A stretch of DNA of 64,000 bases from Paraspadella gotoi (GCA_051294375.1 CM119270.1:17171904-17235903), one strand, 5' to 3'. Positions 25,991 to 42,332 are shown, counted from the first letter of the stretch. Numbers and translations: made by a program. Notes: generated by a model not told the origin, from the letters alone.

Positions 25991-27661
25991 ATGTTAAACG
26001 GGACCGTCGTCGTCGTCGTTGTTGTTGTCTTCGCTAAAATTGTTTGTCAAAATTTCCTCCACAAATAAATAAAAGAAAGTAAAAAAATTAAGAGAAATCA
26101 AAAAAATACGAAGATAAATCGATAAGTAGTAAATCACTAAATCACGAAAATTATAGAATTAAAGAAAGAAGAAAAGATAGAAGGAAGGAAAGAAAGACAG
26201 AAAAAAAAGAAAGAGGAAGACAGCGACTTCTCGTTTTCTTCATCGTCCTCATCATTTTTGCCTCCTCCTCCTCTTCCTCTTCCTCCCCCCCTCCTCCTCA
26301 TCTCCCTCTTGATTCACGAGGTTTTGCCCTTCGATTTATGGCAGGTGAATTCGGCGGACAAAAGGACTTCATGAATCTCGGCCACCGATTCTTCCAACCG
26401 GCGCCGGGCAGCGCCGGGCAGCGCCTCTGCCAACCCAACCTTACCCCACAGAGACAACCAAGTCACCTCACCTTTTCACGCCACTACTTGGCACTCCGAA
26501 ACTAATTCCTGCCCTTGTCGCTGGCCTTCTTCGGCCTCATGTCATTCGACTCCACTCTAACACACCCGGCAAATAGCAATCGCTCGTCATCTCACGCACC
26601 TCACGCCACCTCACGGGAATTTCCCTCCTTCAAGAACTCAATTTCTCTGTACCAATTGTTCGACGATTCCTCGAGAATGGCCTCACCCCTTTCTCCTAAG
26701 AATGTCCCCAACCCAAACCTTGTGAACCCTTTTGCCGGAAGTCGCCTCCTTGACGACTTTCGGACAAAGGGCGAAGATTCCGGCGTCCGGCCGACAAAAT
26801 GGCGGCCGACAAAATGGCGCCCGAACGAGAAAACAGAAGAGGAAAAATAATGCCGGGTAAAGACCGTGGAGAGAGCAGAGGGAGGAGCGGACGAGGACAG
26901 GAGGAGAGGAGAGGAGGAGGGTGAGGTACAGGAGGCATGGAGAGAAGAGGAGGGGAGGACAGGAGGAGAGAGAGAGGCAGCAGGGATCGAGGACAGGAGG
27001 GAAAGGGCGTGTGAGAAGGGGAGACGAGGGGCGAGGACAGGAGAGAGGCAAGAGAAGGGAGAGAAGAGGACAGCGCAGGAGAGAAGAGGAGAGAGCCAGG
27101 AGGAGAGAGTGGCAGAGTAAGAGGAGAGGAAGAGAGAGCTGAGAGCGACGAGGACAGGAGGGAGAGAGAGCAGGCAGAGGGGAGGAGGACGAGGAGAGAG
27201 AGAGGAGGAGGGAAGACAGCAGAGGGGCGAGAGAGAAGGATGAGAAGAGGGGATCGAGGAGGCAAGACAGTGAGGCAACTGAGAGAGGTACCGAGAGGAC
27301 AGTACGAGAGAGAGGGAAGAGTAGGGAAGGGTAGAGGGGAGGCAAAGAAGAATAAGAAAAGAGAGAAATGAGAAATGAGAGAGAAAAGTGAGTGATGACG
27401 GAAGCATTGAGAAAATCGCCGAGAAAACAGAGGGGACTAAGCTAGTTTTTAAGTTAGTCTGGCGCTTAAAAAAAAAGAAGATTAAATGTATTGATAAATT
27501 AATACTTGACTTAACTAGTCGAAAAATCATTTTAATACAAGTATTCGTCTAAATTCTTTTTCCTCATCCTCTTGCCTTCTCCCCTTGAAAATCAACGGCG
27601 TCGTTTCCGTTTTCGAGACCCGACCGGGTTTGGCGGGCGTCGTCGTCGCGTCGTCGTCGTC

Positions 27662-28647
27662 NNNNNNNNNNNNNNNNNNNNNNNNNNNNNNNNNNNNNNN
27701 NNNNNNNNNNNNNNNNNNNNNNNNNNNNNNNNNNNNNNNNNNNNNNNNNNNNNNNNNNNNNNNNNNNNNNNNNNNNNNNNNNNNNNNNNNNNNNNNNNNN
27801 NNNNNNNNNNNNNNNNNNNNNNNNNNNNNNNNNNNNNNNNNNNNNNNNNNNNNNNNNNNNNNNNNNNNNNNNNNNNNNNNNNNNNNNNNNNNNNNNNNNN
27901 NNNNNNNNNNNNNNNNNNNNNNNNNNNNNNNNNNNNNNNNNNNNNNNNNNNNNNNNNNNNNNNNNNNNNNNNNNNNNNNNNNNNNNNNNNNNNNNNNNNN
28001 NNNNNNNNNNNNNNNNNNNNNNNNNNNNNNNNNNNNNNNNNNNNNNNNNNNNNNNNNNNNNNNNNNNNNNNNNNNNNNNNNNNNNNNNNNNNNNNNNNNN
28101 NNNNNNNNNNNNNNNNNNNNNNNNNNNNNNNNNNNNNNNNNNNNNNNNNNNNNNNNNNNNNNNNNNNNNNNNNNNNNNNNNNNNNNNNNNNNNNNNNNNN
28201 NNNNNNNNNNNNNNNNNNNNNNNNNNNNNNNNNNNNNNNNNNNNNNNNNNNNNNNNNNNNNNNNNNNNNNNNNNNNNNNNNNNNNNNNNNNNNNNNNNNN
28301 NNNNNNNNNNNNNNNNNNNNNNNNNNNNNNNNNNNNNNNNNNNNNNNNNNNNNNNNNNNNNNNNNNNNNNNNNNNNNNNNNNNNNNNNNNNNNNNNNNNN
28401 NNNNNNNNNNNNNNNNNNNNNNNNNNNNNNNNNNNNNNNNNNNNNNNNNNNNNNNNNNNNNNNNNNNNNNNNNNNNNNNNNNNNNNNNNNNNNNNNNNNN
28501 NNNNNNNNNNNNNNNNNNNNNNNNNNNNNNNNNNNNNNNNNNNNNNNNNNNNNNNNNNNNNNNNNNNNNNNNNNNNNNNNNNNNNNNNNNNNNNNNNNNN
28601 NNNNNNNNNNNNNNNNNNNNNNNNNNNNNNNNNNNNNNNNNNNNNNN
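27662..28647. other. Assembly gap (N run)
   Basis: Continuous Ns. Exact 25-N gaps also occur at 10192, 10301, 19469, 51096 and 61965. Confidence 1.
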
Positions 28648-28707
28648 TCTCTCTCTTCTCCCATCTTTCTCTCTCTCGTCTCATCTCTCTCGACCATAGC
28701 TCTCTCT

Positions 28708-28740
<33 letters not shown>

Positions 28741-29362
28741 TTCTTTTGACTTTCGCTTCGCCGACTTTTCAGTCGCCCTCGTCGTCGTCTCCGTCGTCGT
28801 CGTCGTCGTCGTCATCGTCCATCTGTCCGTCCGTCCGTCTGACCGTTGACGCCAAGAATCCCTTTCTCCGTCCGACGAAGTCAAAAGGCGAGAGAGAAAA
28901 ACTCAAAATATTAAAGGGACGATAAACAAAACGACGAAAGCATCAACAACAACAACGACAAAAAGCGACAACCAGCATCAATGATATTCACGCGAAGTCG
29001 TGAAAGTCGATCACGAGAGGGAATCGTGAAAAAAAACAAACTTTAAAACAACAATAATACTAAAAATAAAAAAAAAACCTAATAAATCGCAACCACATTA
29101 TTCGTTCACCAATTGGGTGATTTCTTCATTACATCCTCATTTCTCAGTCACTATCTTCACTTCAATCCCGAATGAGGGAGAGACCAATTCACGGACATCG
29201 TGAAAGTGATCCTCTCCGATTGAAGGACCTCGACCTGACGATGAGCTCATCCTGAGCTCACCCCGACTTCACCAACTACAGTTTCGGCGGAAGAGTCAAC
29301 TTGATGACCGCTACCTTACCCAAACTTCTAGATTCCACATCCTCACCCTTTCCCAAATAAAT

Positions 29363-32300
29363 ATGCACCCTTACCCTCTCCTCCATTTTCGCGCCTTTCC
29401 TCCTATGATTCCATCGACGCCGTTTTTTCCGGCTTCGTCCTTCGCGGCGCCGCTGTCCGGCCCGGCGGCGCCGGCGTCGTCATCGACCGGAATGGCGCTA
29501 CCTCTGCATCCGTTGGCGCTGATAGCGCCGGCGAGTGACGCCGTTTACGGGTGAAGAACGAACTTTGTTCGATTGTTCGCCAGTTGATTCATTCATTAGT
29601 TCGTTTTTTGGTTTGTTGATTAGCTGGTTTGCTTACACATACTTTAATTTGTTAATAACTTAGTTCGTCAGTTAAAGGTCTTTCATTGCATTGCATTGGT
29701 TTGTTTGCTCGCCATTGCATAAAGACACTTCTTTCAACGATTACACATAGAAGAAAATTTTTCTTTCGCGCCTTTACAAAAATATGCAATTGAGATTGTT
29801 TTTCTATAGATTAAACGCTAATAGTAAAATATTGTAACAGGGATAGTGTCCTTAACCCATCATAGCCTGATCAAAGTCAGATAGCTTAATTATTAAAGAA
29901 ATGAATAATTTTTATATTGGTTGTACCAATTTCATAAACTGAACATTTTGAACCTCTTGCATCCCATTTAATTAAAATAGTTTAACAAAAAACTGTATCC
30001 CTAACGTAATAATTATTATAATAATTACCTCTTCTTTGGCTTACAGATTGGCGCCTCAGCCGTCCTCCTTTCCTCGACGCCGAAACAATCTATCGATGCC
30101 TCCGCCACGGTCGCCGTCACCGGCGCTGCAGCCGCCGCTGCCGCCGCTGCCGGCCGGCGGCCGCTTCCGCCTCTTCCCTCTTTCCTCATCCTCCGCCAAC
30201 CAACACCGACCCCGCCCCTTCTCTCAACGCCCCGACGCCGCTTCGTCCGGCGTTCGACGTCACCGCGTCGCCGTTCCACGCTGCGGCGGCGACGGCGCCA
30301 GTCTCGTCAACAAGCCGTGCGGCGTCACCGGCGCCAACAATTTCCATGGCGGCGCTGAACTTGTGTCTCTTTGGTCGATCGAGGCCGATTCCATTGGACG
30401 CGAGTTTTTCAAAGTCGAGATGCGAAGTCTGCAAGAACGCCACTTCCGGTTTGTGATGGCATCACTTCTGGTTGGAGTGGATGTCACTTCGGGTGTCATT
30501 TTTAGTTGGAGTTAATGTCATTTAGGGTTGGAGTGAATGTCACGCCCGGTTAGAGCCTTGAGGGATTATCACTTCTGGTACGAGTGAATGTCACTCCAGG
30601 TTGCAGTGAATATCACTTCGGTCGAAGTGAATATATCCCTTCAATCTATCCACCTATCTATTTATCTATCAATCAATCTATCCGGCAGACGAATGCCCGT
30701 GGCATGGACCGCTCGAGGAGATGAGGGAACTCGTCGCTGCGTCGTCGTCGTCGGACAAAAGTAAATGAGTGATGTTGTAATGATGAAGTCACGATAAGTA
30801 GTAATGATGTGGTCGACCAAATGGATTTCAGGATGTTCTTCCGACGAATCGGACGACGTCGTCATCGATGTTGATGATTCCACTACGACTTCCGACAAGG
30901 ACAAGGTGAGAAATGGACATGGTGAGTGGACAAGGACATGGTGAAGAGTTGAAAAGGACAAGACAGAAACTGGATAAATACAATCTGAGAAGTGGAAAAG
31001 AAAAGGTGAGAACTGGACATGGACAAGCTGAGCAGTGGAAAAAGACATTGTGAAGAGTGGAAAAGGACAAGACAAGAACTGGATAAATACAAGCTGAGAA
31101 GTGAAAAAAAAAGATGAGAACTGGACAAGGACAATCTGAGCAGTGGAAAAAGTTCTTGGGAAGAGTGGAAAAGGACAAAATGAGGTGAGGAATTGACATG
31201 AAAAGGTGAGAATTAGCTTGAGGATTTCAATACTGGATAGATCATTGGATAGAACATTGGATAGAACATTGGATAGAACATGTACTTTAAAACTCTCCGC
31301 TCGATCTTTAAGGAGGACGAAAGAGTCGAAGAAATTCCTGATTCCTTCGGCTTTTGTCGATCTGCGATTCCTGGAGCCAAATTGGGGATTTACGCCAAAT
31401 CAAGGTTAATTAAATGTTGTTGAGCGTTGAATTATTTAACTTAACAGATGCTGTATCAAAGTGAGCCATACAACGTTAAAAATTACCGCTCATCAGATGT
31501 GCAATTAGAAACGCAATATAATTAGCAATCGCTTACATTGCGCAATAATTCCATTCAACGCGACTTTGATGACAGTTTAAAAAATGCCGTTCGAGCGAAA
31601 GTCAACTCGGAATGAGCTGCTATTTCAAAACGTCATCCTTCTAATTTGTTATTATCCAAGGTCCATCTGTTTGTAAACATTCTTTGGAAAGTAACTCTCT
31701 CGTTTCAGTTTCATTGGATTCATCGAGCGAGGGGAATATTTGCAATAATTACATTATTTTCAGCAATATTTGCCAACTTGTTCTACTAATTTACATTCTT
31801 AAATTTCCACATATCATAGAATTCTTCGGGGTTCCATCATCGGTCCTTACGAAGGCGAACCGGCGCCGCTCTCCCGAGCGTCGGATCGGAATACTGCGCC
31901 GTCGCCGCGAGCCGAGGACGCCGCATTTTCGCGGCGTCGAATCAGGGACGACGCCGGAGAGAACGCGTGGGAAATATTCGACGCCGATGGAAAGGAGGTG
32001 AAGACTGAAGTCGATGTTGAATAATGATATATAATTGAATAATTATTTTCAGTTCAGTCTAATCGTCCATTAAAAAGCTAATAAAATGAGAAACAGAGGC
32101 ATCTTCCTCCCTCCCCACGAAACCATTCCCCACAACACTTATCCACAATCCCCCAGATCGACCACATCCTAGTGGGGACTTCGTGGATGAGTCACATTCG
32201 ATTCGCTCGTCGCTCGAAGGAACAAAACTTGGAGGCTTTTCAAGTCGGGAAGAGAATCTACTATCGCGCCGTCAAAGACATTGGTGAATGAATGAATGAA

Positions 32301-34221
32301 TGTTGTGAGTGAGTGAGTGAGGTGAATGAATGAATGAATGAATGATTGAATGATTGAATGATGATTAATGAATGATGAATGAAATGATTGATTGAACGAA
32401 TGAATGAATGAGTGAGTGAATGAATGAGTGAGTGAATGAATGAATGAGTGACGATGAGTGGAGTGAATGGATGAATGAATATATGAGATGGATATTGGAT
32501 AAGCCATTAAATGACTATTGGAATTGGATTTGATGGATTTCATTTAACGATTTAATTGATTGAAAAATTGAATGATTCACTGTCGATTTGATTCATTAAT
32601 TCAAACATTAATAATGTCGCCACTGATTATGCAATAGGCCTTTCCGTCTCTCTTCTCTTTCCTTTGTGATTGAGCGAGTAAGCGACGGACCCAAAGCAGT
32701 CGTAGTCGAATGTCTTATCGTTGTACTTCTCGTTATTCTTAGCTCTTAAACTCGTGTTAGTCGTTGCCTTATTCTAATTACTATACTAATTGATCGATTT
32801 GTAATATTTGATTGGTTGATTGTTTCAGAACCTGGCAACGAATGTCTCGTCTTCTACTCCGACTCGGAATACGAATTCCATTTCGGAATTCCTATCGCTC
32901 GGAGACCAACGACGCCGGGGGAAGTCGGCGTTGTCGGCGACGGCGGCGTGGTGGACGGAAGTGGCGCGCCACGAGAGGAAAAAGTGAGAGAAACTTTAAT
33001 TAAATGTTAAAAAAGTCTGAGTTAATGCTTATCTATTTGTATATAATTTTGATTTCTTTAAAATTCTCATTTAGACTTACAGACTTAGCATATCGATAGT
33101 CTAGATGTATAAACTATATTAAGTTTACTGCATTTAAAAATTGTTTAAAGGCTAAATGTTTAAGAAATACTTGAATTCTAGAATTCTAGAATCTAATAAT
33201 TACTTTTATTCTTTTTTTATTTTATTTTTCTATTGTGAATGTCATTGTTATATTTTTGAAATCGAAAGAGAATTGATACAACCCAAGGTTAAAAAAACAT
33301 TCTGTCCTAGGTTACTATTAGATAGGTTATTAAATAAGTAATCTTTAATCTTTAAAAATCGTAGGCATACGCTCGCCTGTAAACAACCGAGGAAGAAGCG
33401 ATTCGGTCAGCGCTACGGAATCACTTCAGGTTGTCCGTCTGTCTGGCTAACTTTTTCTCATTCTTGGTCAGTCGGTCAGTCTAATTCTTAAAAACTTTCT
33501 CATGATTAGGGAATGATCAGTAGTCTGAACGGCGTCCCCGATTTCGGCGACTGGCATTTGTGGAAGTGTGGCCAATGCTCCAAGACCTTTACCCAAAGGA
33601 TTATGCTGCAAGTACATGTCTTAAAGCATAACACATTATAAAGGAAACGCTTATTTAACTCTTAAATATAACCTCATTAAATTGTTAACATCATTTCCAT
33701 TGATTATTTTTACCCGTTCCTCACTCCAGATGCATCTCTGCTCCAAGACCCCCAGCAACCCTTACCAATGCGGCTACTGTTGCCTCGTCTTCTCCTCCAC
33801 ATCCGAACTCCGCAACCACGTGGTCACCCACTCCTCGGATCGACCCTTCAAGTGTGGATTCTGTGGTCGAACCTTCGCCGGAGCCACCACGCTCAACAAC
33901 CACATCAGGACTCACACTGGTTGGTCGTCGTCGTTGTTGTTGTTTTCGTCCTCCTCGTCTTCATATCGGTCGTCGTCGTCGATTGTGTCGTCGTCGTCAT
34001 CGTCGTCATCCTTTTCATCGTCTTCTCATTCACGTCGCCGTCGTCGTCGTCGTCGTCCTGGCCGTATTCATTATTATTGATTTTTATTATCAGGCGAAAA
34101 ACCGTTCAGCTGCGACAATTGCGGAAAACAGTTTTGTCAGGCGACGCAACTCTCGAGGCATCAACGCCTGGCGACGGGAACAGAGTGTCAAAAGCAGGCG
34201 GTTTCAAGGAAGAACGATTGA
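29363..34221 (+). CDS. PRDM6: PR/SET-domain zinc-finger protein PRDM6
   Basis: Exons 29363-29550, 30047-30448 (contains a frameshift), 30689-30760, 30832-30905, 31313-31404, 31820-31997, 32157-32283, 32829-32983, possible 33365-33429, 33510-33611, 33730-33919, 34094-34221. Zinc knuckle [13 protein letters not shown]; PR domain [44 protein letters not shown]. The fingers [76 protein letters not shown] are nearly identical to vertebrate PRDM6. AATAAA at 34321. Confidence 0.95.
30468..30635 (+). repeat. Intronic degenerate tandem repeat of about 23 bp (ggttggagtgaatgtcactyc)
   Basis: Six to seven diverged units in PRDM6 intron 2. Confidence 0.7.
30906..31210 (+). repeat. Intronic tandem repeat with a period of about 107 bp, plus an adjacent 12-bp repeat (GGATAGAACATT)n at 31235-31280
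   Basis: gaaaaggacaagac..aactggataaatacaa.ctgagaagtg and similar blocks recur about 2.5 times. Confidence 0.75.
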
Positions 34222-34648
34222 AAATTGACAATAATTAGTTTCTCGCAGGTTTAAATTTTAGCGAAAGTACATTGAAATTTAAAAAAAATGTCGAAATAAT
34301 GCTACAATTGCACCATACCTAATAAATAAAATTAAATACGTCCTGAGCTGAAAAACTTATATTTACGTAGGAAGTTGTTGGTCATTCTCGGGCGAATAAA
34401 CTTAGTCAAGTTACTGGAAATTGTGTCGCTTTAAGGAAACAAAAGACTTTTTGCTTCCGCTTGATAGAGACACCTATAGGATTTTTTTTTAAACAACCGT
34501 AGTTCGGCCCAAACAAATGACATTGAATGACGCAAAGTTTGAATCGACCGTCTATTTTTCAATTACTTTATGATATTATTAACTTCACAAAGAGAGCCAA
34601 CTTTACTCACAACAGTCATGACGTTAACAATGTCGTCGCGATATTTAA

Positions 34649-37875
<3,227 letters not shown>

Positions 37876-38265
37876 ATTTTTTATGAATAATATTTAATTC
37901 CTTAACGAGTCGTTTCTGTTTACGAGTGGTAATTTAATAGCTAATTTTACAAATTGCGATTTCGTGACAATATTTTATTTCGTGAGAAAGGTATGTTACT
38001 TCTTAATTCAAATGTTTTTTTTAAATGAAAAGATTTTAAGCTATGAAAAGTGAAAAAAAAACATTATGGGAATTTAAAACAAAAGGCTTAAATTTCCGGT
38101 TGGCTACGGACATCTTTTGTATCCTTTATTAATCTGCTCTCCCCAGAAAAAAAAAGAACAACGTCAATTTACAGGGGAAAAAAAAACTGCGCGCTCGTTT
38201 ATTTTATTAGACATCAAATAATCATTTTTCATTTGTTTTTATTTGATAATTGTTTAACTGGAGCT

Positions 38266-40119
38266 TTATATGTCATCGGCGTTGAAATAAAAAAGTCTAA
38301 AAATAGCGACGGAAATGACGAAAGCGAGAGACTTGACGATGTCGGGACGATCTCCCTCGTTGCAAGGAGCTTTGCCTGAGACAAGGAGAGAGACAAGGCT
38401 GAGACAAGGCTGAGACAAGGTTGAGACAAGGATGAGACAAGGAAAAATGATGAGTGGAAAAGGGAAAACCAAAAATAGGAAAGAAAAAAAATAAGTGAAG
38501 ATAAAATTAAACGATTAAAACCCTCGAAATTTATATATAAAAAATGATTAATTACAAGTTATGTACAAATTTTAATAATTTTAAACAACAACAGCGACTA
38601 CAACCTTTGTTGCAAAAGCATATTGAGTTGACCTCGGCCTCGTTTCCGGTCGGGTGCCACGTCCCGGTCGTCGTCCGCACCTTTTTCCGGCAAATCTGTT
38701 TCATTCCTTCCGTCAAGACGCCGGATTTTAATCGGTTGATGTATCGACACTCGGCGGACAACTTGCTCGGGCCGATCCCGAAGGTCCGCGCCTCTGGCGG
38801 TCGGAGAAAGGGAATGAGTAAGATAATATTTAAGATAGGTAAGGAAGAGATAACATCTTTCTTGTATAATAAATTAATAATAATAGATATATAAAAATGT
38901 ACTTACTGTTGCACTCGCAAACTCCGCTGGAGTTGAGAGGTTTGCACGACATCTAAATGGTAATGATTTTACAGATTAATTTGATAACAATTAATGGTAA
39001 TAACGATAATACAAATATAATATAAATATAATACAGTATATAAAATATAATATTTCAAGATGTTCTTCATTCCCAGTCAGAAAGTTAAAGGCTCTTATCA
39101 ATTACTTTATAAAAAAGTATAAGTTTCAAAACTTTCACTAAATGTAAACATATAGTCACAGAAAAACCCCATCATCGCCAGCGAAGTTCACGCTTCCCCC
39201 AACCCATTCACCTTCTCCACAAAATCACAAATGGCGTCGTGAGGCGTCAGCTCAGTTTTCTTCACGATTTTCACTTCGCATCTTCTCGGTTCATCGGGCG
39301 ATTTTGGGATGATCAGGCGACAGGCCTTGTAGGCAGGCGAACACCTGCAGGTCTTCCTTTTGCTCACTTCCTGGACGAAGAAGGGGGGGGGGAAACGGTT
39401 TGAAGGCGTCGCCATTGTGGAAAAGTTGTTGTCGTTGTGATCGTCACTGTAACCGATGATAAAGCTCATCGCCTTTGGGTTTAATCTTCCCTCATCTTTC
39501 ACGATGTACAAAGGTTAAACGCCGTATTTATTATCGATTATTTAATTATTTATTATTTATCATTCGCCATTTTTGTTAATCGACAACCGTTTTCTCGTTA
39601 ATAATTCTATTTAATAACGAAATATCTTTTATTCACATTCTGACTTCTCTCACCACTGTTTCGCAGACTCCTCTCCCCGGACATAACTTGGCTCCGCTCA
39701 TAATCAGATTGTCGATTTTATCGAACTTGTCCCCGGGCGAAACGTAAGTGGCGGCGCACTTACCTCCCTTACCCGCGCAGATTCGGGTCTTACCCGCTGA
39801 AAGGGGGGAGGTGGGGGAAATGAGGAAATGAGAGAGGTGAGGGAAATGAGAAAATGTAGGGTTACGATAGACGTTGGATATTGGACATTAAACAATTGCA
39901 TAAATGTCGGCCATTGTTGACTCAGTCGCAGACATTGCGAACGGTGAAAAATTTACTTACCTCGTAGATTTTTGAACCTATTTTTTTCACATCTCGCGAT
40001 TCTCGTGAATTCACTTGGTCACCGTTCACCCTCTCTATCTCGCTTGCTCCTCTATTTTCTCCCGCTTACTTTTCTTCACCCTCACTGCCATTTTTCATTT
40101 TCTCTTTCACCCTAAAATA

Positions 40120-40188
<69 letters not shown>

Positions 40189-42007
40189 TCTTCTCTCACG
40201 TCCATCTTGCCATCTTCCATCCCCTAGCCACTCACCATTAACCCTCTTTATCTCATACACCCCTGCTATCCCCCATCCCCTATCCACTCACCATTAACCC
40301 TCTTTATCTTGTACGCCCTGCTATCCTCCATCCCCTATCCACTCACTATTAACCCTCTTTATCTTGTACCCCTGCTATCCCACATCCCTTATCCACTCAC
40401 CATTAAACCCTCTTTATCTCATACACCTGCTATCCCCCATCCCCTAACCACTCGCCATTAACCCTTTTTATCTCATACACCCTACTATCCTCCATCCCCT
40501 ATCCACTCACCATTAACCCTCTTTATCTCGTACGCCCTGCATTCCTCCTTCAGACTCTTCCGCAAGAACCCATTGTCCAGCCCAGTCTTGACGTCGAAAC
40601 TCGCTAGCAGCAGAGAGTAGGGAATGATGTCGTGTTTGTCTGGACCGCAGGAGTGAATTCGGGAGAAGCCCTGAGGAGTCAAGGGGCGTTGGGGCAGGTG
40701 TTGAGCAAGGGCATGGGAAATGAAAGTTTGTTTTAAATCATACAAACAAACAAACAAAAAGTAATAAAAAAAATCAAAATTTCTTAACCAACAATCGCAA
40801 GAAACAAACCACATCAACAACAACCACAATAACAATTACAACATCAACAACGACCACATTAACAACATCAACAACAATGACGTCGAAACCAACAACAACG
40901 ACTCTCACCCCGTCGAATCTTTTGATGCTGTGCATAAAGCAAGACGTCGGCTTCGATTCCACTTTCGCCCTGAGAAGACGCAACCTCTTCGTGGACAAAG
41001 CATCGCAGTCCAGCACTTTGCAGGGACCGCCTGGATTTTTCAAGTTCGAGCTGTAGCGACCCAAATGACGAAGACGACAAAGACGACGACAAACCGACGA
41101 CGGTGACCTTACCATTCACCACTGGTGAATCTCACCACTCAACCATTTAGTGGAGGAAAGTTACTCACCCACGTAACCGTTTACCTACTATTGAGCGTTA
41201 CAAACGCGAATTCTGTAATTATTTGTTATTGTTGTTATTGTTATATTTCTTTTGTTATGATTTTTACTTTATTTGTTTGCCATGGTTTTTGAACCATTAC
41301 ATGTAAATTTTTGATCGCGAAAACGTCTTCTTATTTTTTTGCCTAAAATAATCATTTGAGAGTCGCCACAAATTGGTGATAATTCGGAATTAAGGGTTAA
41401 GATGTTAAGATGTTAAGGTTAAGATTTAGTTTAAAGACAAGGAATCTATACAAGGCGCTCTCGGTAAATAGTGCCCGTCTCTTTCTTATAAATTACTTTT
41501 TTTTTGCCTTACCTTTCGTCCCGCCCTCACCTTTATCTTTCACCGTTTTTTCCCCGTATTCAGTGACGCAAAATCCGTCGATTTTCGTTTTGTTTTTCGT
41601 CGTCTCGAAATAATTTCCGTAGCATTTTAACTGGCGGAGAGAATTAAGGATGATATCGACGGATAAATGGTGGAATTTACCGCGAAAAAAAATGTGCTGT
41701 ATAATTTAGAACAGATGTCTGGAAAATGTTCTCTTGAATATCCATCAACTCAAAGGTCCGGGGTTCTATCCCGCTAGTCGCCTAGCAGTTAAGAGGGGTG
41801 TTACAGCCTGATCCGAAGTTCAGGGACTGCTTATATTGAACGGTTCTGTCACTAACTCATAACAATTATTACTGTCTCTTCAATCTATACATTCATAAGT
41901 ATCCAGTCAGCGAGCTAATTGGTATTATAAACCGGCCAATCACTGACCGCGTTCAAAGCGCCAATCAGCGATCCGAAAACGAATAATATCTTCCTCGGGT
42001 GAATCAT
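38266..42007 (-). CDS. Secreted cysteine-rich, probably GPI-anchored protein, paralog B (24 Cys)
   Basis: Nine exons: 42007-41948 (MIHPRKILFVFGSLIGALNA), 41630-41531 (LKCY..), 41030-40909, 40670-40511, 39796-39654, 39370-39212, 38952-38907, 38793-38605 (..ICFCNK), 38375-38266 (GKAPCN..SLAFVISVAIFRLFYF). Exon lengths of 60, 122, 160, 159, 46 and 189 nt are identical to paralog A. Confidence 0.88.
40215..40545 (-). repeat. Tandem array of about six 54-55 bp units duplicating the exon-4 3' end and splice donor of paralog B
   Basis: Minus-strand unit gcagggcgtacgagataaagagggttaatg|gtgagtggataggggatggaggata; the first unit is the real exon/intron junction. Confidence 0.9.
41750..41860 (+). mobile_element. 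SINE-like fragment (degenerate tRNA B box plus body) in intron 1 of paralog B
   Basis: aggtccggggttctatcccg (B-box-like) followed by a GC-richer body agtcgcctagcagttaagagggg. Confidence 0.3.
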
Positions 42008-42201
42008 TATTTGTAGATTTCGTGGCCTTCGTTGTTCCTTCTTCACTTTGTTGTCGTCGTCGTCGTCGTCGTTGTCGTCTTCGTCTTCTTTCGTCTTTTT
42101 ATCTAGGACGAGGTTCCCTAACTTCTTAAATTCCTATAGGCGACCTTACTGAGTATGGAAAAAAATTAAAGGAATAATATTTTTAGCAAAAATTATTTAT
42201 C

Positions 42202-42332
<131 letters not shown>

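Noticed and set aside
26601-28925. Long ORFs of 190-446 aa in the ORF track
   Set aside because: Products of GA/CT low-complexity sequence and N runs.
30662-31199. Cys/Phe/Ser-rich minus-strand ORFs
   Set aside because: Antisense translation of an intronic tandem repeat and a PRDM6 exon.
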